Assembly: GCF_001194135.2 (NCBI RefSeq)
Contig: NC_068989.1
Coordinates: forward strand, 9,056,781-9,098,283
Direction: 5' to 3'
DNA: 41,503 bases
Source: Octopus bimaculoides
Taxonomy: Eukaryota
Positions within the stretch are counted from its first letter, which is position 1. The number at the start of each line of letters is the position of its first letter. The position numbers were made by a program, and so were the translations under genes. Below the pieces are notes generated by a model. It ran no database searches. It was given only the letters and a program-made list of their open reading frames with translations, and had not been told where the DNA came from. This document shows positions 25,858 to 36,162 of this stretch, one piece after another.

Positions 25858-26378
25858 TTATTGTCTTTGCACAGCTTCTAACGCTGGAGATGTCTTACAG
25901 TGTCAGCTGTTCACTACCAGTGAACTGAGGTAACACCTCTTATTTTTCGAGCACCTTCCGGAGTATTTGAGCGGTTCCAAGCAGTGCTGTTTTCTGCAAG
26001 TGCTCCACCCTTATTGCAGCCCCTATTTGTTCCACGTACTTATCGAGATTTGTGCTCACTGTTCCCAGAGCACCGACAATCATTGGTATTACTGCTACCT
26101 TTTTTATCGACCACAACTGCTTAACTTCCCAAGCTAACCTGTCATATATTTCGACTTTTCTTTCTTCCTTATCGCATACCTTGTCAGCTGGGCATGCTAT
26201 ATCTATAATCCAGCATAGTTTGTTTTCTTTCTCAATTAAGACTATATCTAGCTTTCTATTCTCTATCTCATGGTCGCACTGAATTATAAAATCCCATAGG
26301 ATCTTTGCATTTATATTTTCGACGATGCCTTCAGGTTTTTGCTCTGTCAAGTCCATACTTGTTGCAAAGTGTCCAATG
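25858..26378 (-). mobile_element. 5'-truncated R4/Dong-type non-LTR retrotransposon (restriction-like endonuclease end)
   Basis: HWTLCNKYGLDRAK, then after a small frameshifting deletion PEGIVEN.NAKILWDFIIQCD.EIENRKLDIVLI.K..K.CWIIDIACP...K.E.K...Y..L..E...LW...V.VIP..VGALG...LQKTALLGTAQILRKVL* (stop 25940). Short 3' UTR and a (TAA)n tail, as typical of this clade. Confidence 0.93.
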
Positions 26379-26477
26379 CTAGGATGAGTATATGTTGGTA
26401 GATGGTGAGGAATTTAGTTTCCTGCGTGCTTGGAGCAGTTTCTGCTTTGTAGAGTTTGATTACTTTAATGTGTCTAG

Positions 26478-27051
26478 GGATCTTTTTTAAAACGGGGGCC
26501 ACATTTTTCATTAACGAAACACTTTGAAACTTGGAACACTGGTAGTATGTGTCATATAAAACATCTTTTTCTCTCAATCTTCTTTAAAAAAAAAGAAATC
26601 CATAAGTTATTCCATGTTAAAGTTGTCGTATTTCTGTAATTTCAACCAATCACTGACGTCCATTCAGCCGATATACATTAAGTACCGACTACATAAACAA
26701 ACGATTCTGAAACAATTAACCCTAACCCTAACGTTAGGGTTAGGGTTAGGGTTAGGGTTAAAGCAAATTTAAAATGAAAAAAGCAAATAAAACGAAGGTA
26801 TGGAGATTAAATACGCTTTACATCGCTTAATCAGCCAAAGGAGTAAATATAAACAACTGAATACTTGTCAGTGATTGGTTGAAATTATCGAAATAAGACA
26901 ATTTTTTACATGAAATAAATTCGAATACAAAAATATTTTTCTGTTCTATAACACAAAATAGATAAGTATACGAAGTTTGAAAGTTTTTCCGTACCAAAAA
27001 CACTACGTAAAACATTAATGAAAAATGTGGCCCCCGTTTTAAAATAGATCC
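26478..27051. mobile_element. Non-autonomous TIR element (MITE), Merlin-like termini, carrying telomeric repeats
   Basis: 37-bp TIRs GGATCT(T/A)TTTTAAAACGGGGGCCACATTTTTCATTAA (26478-26514 and 27015-27051, 1 mismatch). Perfect 8-bp TSD GTGTCTAG (26470-26477 and 27052-27059). No ORF. The Merlin label is inferred only from GG termini plus the 8-bp TSD. Confidence 0.9.
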
Positions 27052-27517
27052 GTGTCTAGTTCAATGACAATCAGATGTCTATATATTATCAAGAGACGAG
27101 TATTTTCTATTTAGCCATGTTGTATAACGCATCCGTAGAATTGCTTACAAAAATAGATGATTAATGATGGAAACATTATTCATAACACGAGAAAATGATC
27201 AAACACGCAGTTGACAAACACAAGTCACGAACAAAAATAATCACCTAATTGGTGATGCGTAAATCTAAAGGCCAAAATTCAAATGCTGGAAATAATGTGA
27301 AGTGTGTTCACATTATCCCTGACTTCTATAGATACGAAGTGACATGTTGGTGATGGAATTAAGAATTATTCTGTTTCCAACAAACTCAGTAGTGACAGAC
27401 AGGAAATCCAAATAATCAAAGAAGGATAAGGGGAGGAGGATGGGATGGAACGAAAGTAAGAGGAAAATCAACATGAATGTCAAAAGATGTGATACTTTCT
27501 CATCCGATGCTGCTTAG

Positions 27518-27945
27518 TTTTCTACTCTAGGCACAAGGCCCGAAATTTGGGAGAGGGGGGACAGTGGATAAGATCGACCCCCAGTACGCAACTGGTACTT
27601 AATTTATCAACTCCGAAAGGATGAAAGGCAAATTCGACCTCGGTGGAATTTGAACTCAGAACGTAAAGACAGACGAAATACTGCTAAGCATTTCGCCCGG
27701 CATGCTAACGTTTCTTGTTTCTTTATTGCCCACAAGGGACTAAACATAGAGAAACAAACAAGGACAGACAAAGGAATTAAGTCGATTACATCAACCCCAG
27801 TGTGTAACTGGTACTTAATTTATCAACCCCGAAAGGATAAAAAGCAAAGTCGACCTCGATGGAATTTGAACTCAGAACGTAACGGCAGACGAAATATTGC
27901 TAAGCATTTCGTCCGGCGTGCTAACGTTTCTGCCAGCGCGCCGCC
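27518..27945 (-). mobile_element. Family A SINE dimer made of two tail variants
   Basis: 27716-27945 is a full-head copy with the ...ttgcccacaagggactaaac tail. 27518-27715 is a head-truncated copy with the ggcacaaggcccgaaattt tail. Confidence 0.9.
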
Positions 27946-28159
27946 TTTGAGAGAACATGTATTATGTAGTACTTAGGGTAAAAGCATATAAGAAATACCA
28001 GGTGGCATTATGGTATAAAACATACACTATAATCATAGAAAGTTTAGATGGTAGCTGTACAACATTTGTAATCCATCAATCACTGATCAGGAATGAAGAG
28101 ATCCTATGGTGTGCTGGTTTGCCTCCTATGATGGAAACCCGCATTGAAAGAAACGATGG

Positions 28160-28282
28160 TGATGATGATGATAATGATATAATAATGATGATAGTGAAGA
28201 AGAAGAAGAAGAAGAAGAAGAAGAAGAAGAAGAAGAAGAAGAAGAAGAAGAAGAAATTGATGATGATGATGATGATGATGAA
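28160..28282 (+). repeat. (GAT)n-(GAA)n-(GAT)n triplet repeat
   Basis: Explains the poly-K and poly-F ORFs. Confidence 0.95.
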
Positions 28283-29504
28283 CAACTTTAGATTTAAAAA
28301 AAAATTTATACTGGCAAAAAAATTCAGAATCAGCAGATTTACCCTCTGATTAAGGAGAATTTACCCTTGGTGGATAAATTTACACCAGCGACAGAACCCC
28401 TGCTCTGAACAATGCGATGGTTTTCTATATCTTGTGGAAGAGAACAACAGAAAGAAACAGCAAACACTTAAGAATACCTTACATGATAGATTATGTCAAT
28501 CATATCAAATTATGTTCAGAAGCACATGGGATGTTTTTGATACATCAGCAGGTTCTAAGACGAATAATATTTGGGAGTTTTGAAATACCTTTGTTATTGT
28601 CTATCAATGTTATGTTACTTTAAACAATTTCTGTTATTACTGTTATTTTTAGAATCGGAATAAATGCAAGATATAGCGAATATTACAATAGATTTTAACA
28701 AAGAAAGGAAAATAAATAAATAAATAAATAGCTTGCCATGAGAAAAAATTGTGAGTGTTCAATATATATGATGTAAACTATGCAAGAGAATGTTTTTTTA
28801 AAGAAAAATCAATTTTTTGTTTTTTAATCCATCAAATTTTAAACTTTTTATTTCATAAATAAAATGCATTTATCAATTTAAAAAAATATTTTTTTAATGC
28901 AAGTATATAAAACTTAAAGAATAAGTGATAGACATTTTGATACCAAAGGAACACTATAGTTAGCAGAATGTGTATCATTGTTGAGAATGTGCCAGTATCA
29001 AGATTACGAGATATTATATTGCCAAAATACAAGCAATAAAAGTAATGTTAATAATGTACGTTCAGCTTCTTCTACATGTCAATATAAAGCTTGCCCTATT
29101 TTCAAAGAAATGCTTCACACCCTGCTGCTATGCCTTGAAAGCACTTTTATTTTGTGGCATATTAAAAGAAGCATTTCTATATTATTACTGAGCCCTATAT
29201 ATTAAAAGTACACTCCCAACAAGTGGAATGTGGAGCTAGGGGTACATTATATTATACTTCACATATATTGCTATTCTCTTCATAGAACACACAAACTGGC
29301 AAATTTTTAACCAGCCAGCTGATATTCCAGAGATTTTGGCTGGCTACAGCTCTTGGAATAATGTTTAGCAGACCTAAACTGATGTTTCCAACTTGATTGC
29401 TTTCATAAGCATTAGGATTAAAGGGGCCAGTACTTATCTATGGGTTCTGCAATATAGGGCACATGTGAGACCAATCTCCGTGCTGATATGATGCTACTAC
29501 TGTT

Positions 29505-29700
29505 ACGGTAGCTGAAACCATTGTAGAATTTCTTCTGGCTTCGCTTTCTGAGTTTAAATTCTGCCAAGGTCGACTGTCTTTCGTCCTTTCAAGGTCACTA
29601 AAATATGTACTGGTAGAAGACTGGGGTTGATGTCATTGACTAGGGTCCTTCCCACCAAATTTCAGGCAGACCTTGTGCTTATAATAGAAGGGACTATTAC
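29505..29700 (+). mobile_element. Degenerate family A SINE
   Basis: ctgagtttaaattctgccaaggtcgactgtctttcgtcctttcaaggtc...ccaaatttcagg..ccttgtgc; several CpGs have decayed. Confidence 0.75.
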
Positions 29701-29739
29701 AGAAGCTTTCCTCTCTAAGAATTGAATAAAACATTCCTC

Positions 29740-29850
29740 ATCACCATCATCATTTAACATCCGCCTCCCATGTTGGTATGGGTTGGATAGTTTGTCAGGA
29801 GCCGGCCAGGTGGCAACCAGGACCAGACGTCCATGTCGGTTTTAGCAGGG
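29740..29850 (-). mobile_element. Family D 3' fragment
   Basis: catcatcatttaacatccgcctcccatgttggtatgggttgga matches the family D tail. Confidence 0.7.
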
Positions 29851-30255
29851 TTATCCTTTGACAGTTCTCCAGAGCTGTTGTTACTCCTTATAGAACAGGC
29901 CTCTATGTGGTCTCACAACTTGAATGAAGTCGCAACAAAATTTTCCTCACGTTATACACTACATTCATGAAACATTAACACATTGCTTAACAGACTTTGG
30001 GATTCACAATACCTGTAAAAAAAAATGGTATGACTGCAGTTCCAATGTTTTCTCAATTGGGCTGACCTGAGGTTAAACAATGCCTACGATATCAGTAAAT
30101 TAAGCCACTCATATGATGATGATGATGATGTTGCTTAGCCTCAGGTCAGCTCAACTGAGAAGATCCTATAATCAAAGACAATGGAACTACAATCATACCA
30201 TTTTTTTTACAGGCATTGTGAATCCCAAACTTTGTTATGCAATGTGTTTATTATG

Positions 30256-30296
<41 letters not shown>

Positions 30297-30298
<2 letters not shown>

Positions 30299-30812
30299 TT
30301 TTATTCTTTTTTTTAATTCTTTTACTTGTTTCAGTCATTTGACTGTGGCCATGCTGAAGCACTGCCTTTAGTGAAACAAATCGACCCCTGGACTTATTCT
30401 TTGTCAGCCCAGCACCTATTCTAGTGGAGACATAAACACACCAACATCAGTTGTCAAGCAATGTTACTGGGTAGAAATACACACACATACATACATACCT
30501 ACATACCTACATATGTATATATACGATGGGCTTCTTTCAGTTTCTGTCTACCAAGTCCACTCACAAGGCTTTGGTCAGCCCGAGGCTATAGTAGATGACA
30601 CTTGCCCAAGGTGCCACACAGTGGGATTGAACCTGGAACCATATGGTTGGTAAGCTAGCTACTTATACTTATTTCAGTCATTAGACTGTAGCCATGCTGG
30701 AGCACACATTGAATAATTTTGGTCGAATGATTGAATCGACCCCAACACGTATTTTTTCAAGCCTATTGATCTCTAATACTGGACTGCTAAGTTACAGGGA
30801 ATGTAAACACAC
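30297..30812 (-). mobile_element. tRNA-derived SINE, family B (one full copy to ~30662 plus a partial second tail)
   Basis: Reverse complement of 35742-36162 including the internal microsatellite; CpG sites have decayed. Confidence 0.88.
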
Positions 30813-30819
30813 TAGCACT

Positions 30820-30965
30820 GGTTGGCATTAGGAAGGGCACCCAGTCTTAGAGACCATGCCAAAGCAGACAATGGAGCATAGAGCTGTCCTTGGGCACATC
30901 AGATCCAGTCAAAGTGTCTAACCCATGCTGGCATGGAAGATGGATGTTAAATGAATGATGATGAT
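30820..30965 (+). mobile_element. Family D 3' fragment
   Basis: ggttggcattaggaagggc...acccatgctggcatggaag...ttaaatga(tga)n. Confidence 0.8.
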
Positions 30966-31044
30966 CAATGGATTACTGTAACGTCTTTGACAAAGTACAA
31001 ATAACAGTAAATTTAAATGTTGGTTTTGTAAGCAAAATAATGGC

Positions 31045-31122
31045 AGAGAGAGAGAGAGGGGGGAGAGAGGGGAGAGAGGGGGAGAGAGAGAGAGGGAGAG
31101 AGGGGGAGAGAGAGAGGGGGAG
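31045..31122 (+). repeat. (GA)n/GGGGGAGAGA polypurine repeat
   Basis: Seen directly in sequence. Confidence 0.9.
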
Positions 31123-31458
31123 ACACATTAAGTGGTAGATGAGAGGTCTGGATGGTAGGTAGGTGTAATCTGTGGCTCTTCTAGGGGTAGTGAATGCTAT
31201 GTGCATGCATGCATGTATGCGTGTGTGTGTGTGCGTGCATGTGTGTAGAAATATGTGTAGATGTTAGTGACCTGTTGTTTCAGTGGTGAAGTCAATGACA
31301 AGTGGGTGTGGTCTGAGTGATGGGCAGGGTTAGACTAATTTGTAATGCCTCTTGGGGTGGGGAATACTATACCTACACACACACATATATATATGTGTGT
31401 GTGTGCATATATATGTATATATATATATTGGAAAGCGGACGTTAAACGATGATGATGA

Positions 31459-31503
<45 letters not shown>

Positions 31504-31799
31504 CATACATACATGTATTATATATATATGTGTGTGTGTGTATACTAGTATGTATGGGTTTAGGGATATATGCACATATGCGTGTAAGTGTATGTGCATG
31601 AATGAATGCGGAGGATGTATCACAACGTTTATTGCGATGTAGAATGGAATTAATGAGCAGATGTGTTATGTTGTGTAATAGCATGGGGTGGGATACACGT
31701 GGAAACTTGAGTTGGAGGGTGTAAAAGGGGTGGAGTTAGTTAGACTGAATTTATTGCTGGTTTGAGATGGTGAGGTTGTGTTTGAAAGCTGGTAACATG

Positions 31800-32062
31800 G
31801 AGTGTTTTGTGGGTGGTGGGGAGCAAGAAGGAATACCGGTGACAAAAGGTACCCATGCTGGTGACACATAAAAGGGACCCATGCTGATAACACATTAAAA
31901 GCACCTACTACACTCTTGGAATGGTTGACGTTAGGAAGAGCACCCAACTGTAGCCAAACCAGACTGGAACCTGGTGCAGCTCCCCGGTTTACTAGTCCCA
32001 GTCAAACCATCTAACCCATGCCAGCATGGAAAACAGATGCTAAATGATGATGATGAAGATGA
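31800..32062 (+). mobile_element. Family D copy
   Basis: aaagcacctactacactcttggaatggttgacgttaggaagagc...acccatgccagcatggaaaacagatgctaaa(tga)n. Confidence 0.8.
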
Positions 32063-33523
32063 CGTTGAGTTATATTTCTATCTATTTCTAAATGAGGCGA
32101 CTTGACCCAAATCCTTGGTGGTCTGTCAACAAGAATATCAGCTCTATATACCAGCTTCTTATTGAGTCATCTCATGTTCAAAGGAACATTATTATGGATC
32201 TGTAATTGCACAACTATTGCATATGAGGAGATTAACTAACATCTTTTGTTATTTCTAAATATTTGTGATCCATTACATAAACAACAATTGCAACCTTTTA
32301 CAGAATTTTTATTAAAATTTATATGATAACTGTGTGTTGGTGGAAACTGGCTGTCAGTTAGGGTAAGGAATCATTTACCTACATTGGTTAACATCTTTAC
32401 GGCATGGTGGATTGAACCACAAGGTTTTTCTATGTCTACACACCCTTGAAATAACAGAGATGGGTTTGACACAGGTGATTTTTTTTTCTCTTTAAAGCCA
32501 GTTTTTCTAGAATAATGTAAAAATTTGGAGTGGCTTTATTGAAAATGGGATAGTAATATGTTCAATAGTCAAGAATAGGTGAGTCAAGCCTTTGCTTAAA
32601 ATTCCTGGTGATATCTAAGATATCAAAGTAGTTGACTATTTCAGATTGGTACTAATAATAATTTTAAAGTTTAGTGGAGCATATATATTCTTTTTGTAAG
32701 TTCCAAGTTACTCAAGAGATTGAAAAAAATTGGGAATATATTTATCATATATGAGCATGTGAGGGAAATATTTCTTGTGTATCACATTTGATAAGGTTGA
32801 ACCAGCATCACAAACTTCAACCCTTAACTTACAATTACAATCCACCCAACAAACCTCCACATTGTTTCCATCTATTCAGTTTCCCTCACAAGGCTTTAGT
32901 TGGCCTGAGGCAATAGTACAAAACGAGATGCCATGAAATGGGGTTGAACACAAGATCTGATAAAGTGAACAGCTTGATTATTTAGCCATGTTGCTAAATT
33001 ATACAACAGAAAAGAATAATATAAGCATTTTATATTTTATATTTCATGGTTATTGATCCCATTTTATGTAAACTAAGATAACCAAAAGCATTACTTGTTA
33101 CCAAAGATGTATTTTATGGATAATTATGATCGCTACCACCATTTCAATTTAAATATTCGTTTTTCTTTTTTGTCACAGTTGTTAGTTTGTTCAAAGCATT
33201 GTCAATCAATTATTGTGATGACTATCTCTCAGAGCATTTAATGCCAGTTCAATAAATGACTTCAGTAATAGTATTAATGGAGTTAGTTTAATTATCTGAA
33301 GGAGACTGTCTATTTGTCAGGCTAACACAGTAGACATCTGGGGATATCACCAATTTCGTTGCCAATTAGCTGACACTTTCATTCTGAATAACATTAGTAG
33401 AAATAATGCAACGCTGCATAAGAATATAAAAGGTCTCAATTTCACTAGATTCCATTAATCTAATTAACGTTACCTTAGTATTGAGTGCTTTCATTTCTAT
33501 TTTTTTTTTTTGTCTCTCTTTAG

Positions 33524-33552
33524 TTTTACTTACATTCGTCATGATAGCATGG
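33524..33552 (+). CDS. Candidate 29-nt exon (unverified)
   Basis: Strong polypyrimidine acceptor (t11gtctctctttag) and donor G|gtaagc. Phase-compatible with 33933. An overlapping minus-strand micro-exon reading is equally possible. Confidence 0.25.
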
Positions 33553-33932
33553 GTAAGCTGAAATAGGCTATCAGACATAATCAGACATGAGCTCTCAACA
33601 TCAGAACAGTATAATGTCTGTTCTGTTCAGTCAGGTAAGAACAAAACATAAAAGTTCAGAGAAACGGTTATATAGCTACAGCGAGGTTTTGAACTTTTGG
33701 TTCTCTGATCCATAATCTCAGCCATCTTCCATTCACAACCATTGAGCTTCTAATCATCAACAAAATTATAGACTGAAATGAAAATCATTTTATTTTTCAA
33801 ACCATTGTTCACAAAGATGTGAATGCTTTCTTTGAAGTTCTGATTCTTCGTATTTGAGTGATTTCGTTATACACTGTTGAAATGTGTGTTGTATAAATAC
33901 AGAATCTTCATCTTTTTGTATTTTTCTCTCAG

Positions 33933-34012
33933 CTTCAGTCTTCTACCATGTGATTCTTCTGCTTCTGTCAACGCTTTTATTTATGTCTGCATGGAAAGCA
34001 GACATTGAATGA
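33933..34012 (+). CDS. Candidate exon encoding a hydrophobic peptide (A)SVFYHVILLLLSTLLFMSAWKADIE* (unverified)
   Basis: Strong acceptor tttttgtatttttctctcag and one open frame with a signal-peptide/TM-like stretch. No homology recognised. Confidence 0.25.
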
Positions 34013-34320
34013 TGATGATGATGACTGATGATGATGATACTGATGACGATGATGATGAGGATAATGATGACAATCACAACAACAGTGACAGCAGCAATGG
34101 TTGCCTCAGTGGTGGCAGTGGAGGCGGTAGCAGGGGTGGTGGTGGTGGTGGTGATGACAATGACAACAACAGTGGCAGTAGCAATGGTGGCTTCAATGGT
34201 GACAGTGGACATGATGGTAGTGGAGGCAGCAGCGGCGGCGACAGCGGCAGCGGTGGCGGCGGGAGCAGGACAGGCGGCGGCAGCAGCAGCAGCAGAAGCA
34301 ATAACAACAACAACAACAAC
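34009..34320 (+). repeat. Cryptic triplet low-complexity tract (GAT/GGT/AGC/AAC)
   Basis: Mosaic of drifting triplet runs; a similar shorter tract lies at 40600-40665. Confidence 0.85.
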
Positions 34321-34333
34321 TTTCTGTTACAAA

Positions 34334-34642
34334 TTATAATTTGAGAATCTGGCTGACAATCCATTCATGATCTCTTGGATTTCTAACTGTCGATACAGTT
34401 TCTTTTGGTTTTGCTCTTGTGACCTCAGGGTGGTAGTAAAAGAATTGGTAAGGCTGTGATTGGAATGTTACTTCTGTGGTCCCCTTCACATAGCAGAGTC
34501 GGATTTCAAGAAAGTAGAAATCAGCTCCAAAAGGATAGAAAACAACGTTAGCTCTGACAGGATTCAGTTTTAACAAGTTTGTGAGCCAGTAAAAATACGA
34601 CATGGCATTCAATTTGATGCTGTAATGACTATGATAGTCCAA
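34334..34642 (-). CDS. Candidate coding exon/ORF, non-repetitive, unassigned
   Basis: 102-codon non-repetitive ORF from the track (TTG start); the frame stays open to ~34729. Possible acceptor tcctgtcag at ~34555. No confident homology. Confidence 0.2.
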   Translation of the reverse strand: MDYHSHYSIKLNAMSYFYWLTNLLKLNPVRANVVFYPFGADFYFLEIRLCYVKGTTEVTFQSQPYQFFYYHPEVTRAKPKETVSTVRNPRDHEWIVSQILKL

Positions 34643-35724
34643 AGTGTACGGTATTATATATCTCTCAAGGCTGATCTTACCAATCGGTTCCGCGTTAGGG
34701 ATAGAACGGAATGTTAGGTAACGCTGTGATTATATGATTGGAGTGTAGCGGTTGAGGTGTGATGTGCCATATCAGTTCGATTTGATGTAGGCCACTACTG
34801 GATGTAGCGTGTAGATGTAACACTTGAAGGTTCTCACGTTGGAGTAACTAGTAAACATCGAAGAATCAACACCAAGAAGGAAGAAATATTATTTACATAT
34901 GTTTATTCGTTTGCCAGACAGGTAGTTAAAGAGACAGTAGCAATTCTAGTGATAGTGACAACAAGGATGGCTCGCTGGTTAGTAGTTGATGGTGTAGAAG
35001 CTGTCTGTTAGTAGCAAGTGAAAGAGTAAGGAATGCATGGTGCTGACTAGAAAGGAAGAAAGAATAAAGGTGGCATCGTCTTTCTTGCAACCAAAAGTCT
35101 CTCTTCACATGTCAAGCGAAGGGTGAAGGGAAGTGCTGCTTTTGGTTAAGGCTGACGCAAAAGTGGGTGCTGCTCCTTGGTCTGACTGACACAAAAGAGG
35201 AAGAGATAGGAACTTCTGTCTGTTATATAGACTATGGTCAGTAATGTAGGTCAAACACCTTAAACAAAGGACTGACCTTTCCTTGACCAACACAGGTCCT
35301 AGGGGGTCGAGGGCTCCTCATCAATCATCTGGTGTGGAGAAGATTTCCTGCTCGTTTTGACAAGCAACAAGCAGGTGGATTTGGTTTCAAATCTCAGGCA
35401 GGGTCAAAACGAGCGGGAAATCCTCTCCACACCAGATGATTGATGAGGAAGAGTCCCTGGGACCTGTGCTGGTCAAGGAAAGGTCAGTCCTTCGTTTAAG
35501 GTTTGACTTACATTACTGACCATAGTCTATATAACGGAGAGAATTTCCTATCTCTTCCTCTTTTGTGTCAGCCAGACCAAGAGGCAAGCAGGTGGATTTG
35601 ATTTCAAATCTTAGGCAGAGTCAAGCTAGACCCTTAAAGGAGTGTTACCTAACACTCCATTGTACCCCTAGCGTGAAACCAACTGGTAAGATCGGCCGTG
35701 ATGGATATATAATACTGTACACTT
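34642..35724. mobile_element. Unclassified foldback element: 84-bp terminal inverted repeats plus ~180-bp internal hairpin
   Basis: 34642-34725 versus reverse complement of 35641-35724 (about 15 mismatches by eye). 35176-35361 versus reverse complement of 35403-35581 (about 90%). Direct repeat 35368-35407 / 35585-35624 (37/40). Confidence 0.85.
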
Positions 35725-35741
35725 CAGATATTATACAATAA

Positions 35742-36162
35742 GGCACAGGAGTGGCTGTGTGGTAAATAGTTTGCTTACCAACCACATGGTTCTGGGTTCA
35801 GTCCCACTGCGTGGCACCTTGAGCAAGTGTCTTCTACTATAGCCTCGGGCCGACCAAAGCCTTACGAGTGGATTTTGGTAGACGGAAACTGAAAGAAGCC
35901 CGTCATATATATGCATATATATATATATATATACGACGGGCTTATATATATATGCATGTGTGCGTATATGTTTGTCCCCCAAACATCGCTTGACAACCGA
36001 TGCTGGTGTGTCTACGTCTCCCGTAACTTAGCGGTTCGGCAAAAGAGCCCGATATAATAAGTACTAGGCTTACAAAGAATAAGTCCTGGGGTCGATTTGC
36101 TCGACTAAAGGTGGTGCTCCAGCATGGCCGCAGTCAAATGACTGAAACAAGTAAAAGAGTAA
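35742..36162 (+). mobile_element. tRNA-derived SINE, family B, young full-length copy
   Basis: A-box-like TGGCTGTGTGG, B-box GGTTCAGTCCC, CORE-like caccttgagcaagtgtctt, internal (TA)n, tail ...gactgaaacaagtaaaagagtaa. Confidence 0.92.

Noticed and set aside
8459-27945. Recurrent ~40-bp conserved core (aaaggatgaaaggcaaagtcgacctcggcgg) as a possible CRISPR-like array
   Set aside because: Copies are dispersed, sit within tRNA-headed SINEs with TSDs, and lack regular spacers; the DNA is eukaryotic.
28350-28623. Two overlapping open frames (...CDGFLYLVEENNRKKQQ... and track ORF 28417-28623)
   Set aside because: No recognisable domain and no convincing flanking splice sites.
15638-36162. tRNA genes
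   Set aside because: All A/B-box heads run into SINE bodies and lack a full cloverleaf.
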